Below the pieces are notes generated by a model. The model was not told where the DNA came from. It did not search any database and saw only the letters and a program-made list of their open reading frames with translations. Below are positions 63,386 to 64,000 of a stretch of DNA of 64,000 bases, one piece after another. How positions within the stretch are numbered: position 1 is the stretch's first letter; the number at the start of each line of letters is the position of its first letter. The stretch comes from Octopus sinensis. Its lineage: Eukaryota. The stretch spans positions 16,926,001 to 16,990,000 of the forward strand of contig NC_043024.1 of NCBI RefSeq assembly GCF_006345805.1. The letters run 5' to 3'. The position numbers and the translations under genes are program-made.

Positions 63386-63774
63386 GATGCACACACATAG
63401 ATATGCATAAACACACACACACACACAAACACACATATATATAATAAATAAGAAAATGAAATAAAAAATCCAAGGCTTTGAATAGTTTTCAGGATATTTA
63501 TAAAGAGAAAGTCTTACAGCTGTGTCCGTAATGCTATATATATCCCATCACAGCATTACCTGATACCTTTGGGTCTTCTTGACACCAATACTGTTCATAC
63601 CCTATGTATATATATGTATATATATATATATACACACACACACGTGTGTGTGTGTGTATATGATTATAGCGGTGCCTCAATCAATTTCTAACACTATCTG
63701 AAGAAGGAATTTTTATATTCCGAAATATTATTATTATATCAGACTATAGATAATTAATTTATATCTTTTCTACT

Positions 63775-63970
63775 CTTGGCATAAGGCCCGAAATTTTGGG
63801 GGAGGGGGCCAGTTGATTAGAACTACCCCAGTACACAACTGGTACTTAATTTATCGACCCTGAAAGGATGAAAGGCAAAGTCGACCTCAGCAGAATTTGA
63901 ACTCAGATGTAAAGACAGACGAAATACCATTAAGCATTTCACCTGGCTGCTAACGTTTCTGCCAGCTCAC
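63775..63970 (-). mobile_element. SINE family D
   Basis: CCCCAGTACACAACTGGTACTTAATTTATCGACCC...CTAACGTTTCTGCCAGCTCACC. Confidence 0.85.
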
Positions 63971-64000
63971 CTCTGTAATAGATAATTAAATTATAACAGC

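Overview
AT-rich, microsatellite-saturated animal genomic DNA. It is most likely an octopus (coleoid cephalopod); this is inferred from repeat families I recognise and was not checked by database search. It reads as intronic or intergenic. No host protein-coding gene could be confidently identified, and nearly all ORFs in the supplied track are translations of (TA)n, (CA)n or (TATC)n repeats. Supported content: four SINE-like families (my labels A-D, many copies), LINE remnants (RTE, CR1/L2/Jockey-like, and an R4/Dong-like restriction-endonuclease element split by an RTE insertion), a TTAA-flanked piggyBac deletion derivative with two related MITEs, two non-autonomous Helitrons (one keeps the RepHel helicase C-terminus), several minisatellites and a few weak orphan exon candidates. 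The most striking unexplained structure is a recurring set of short fold-back elements from several unrelated sequence families. Their arms carry minimal type-I hammerhead ribozyme cores (CTGANGA...GAAA...UH), and wherever both arms retain ribozyme sequence the cores point away from the centre. Several solo hammerheads are near-intact. Coordinates of degenerate repeats are approximate and were read by eye.
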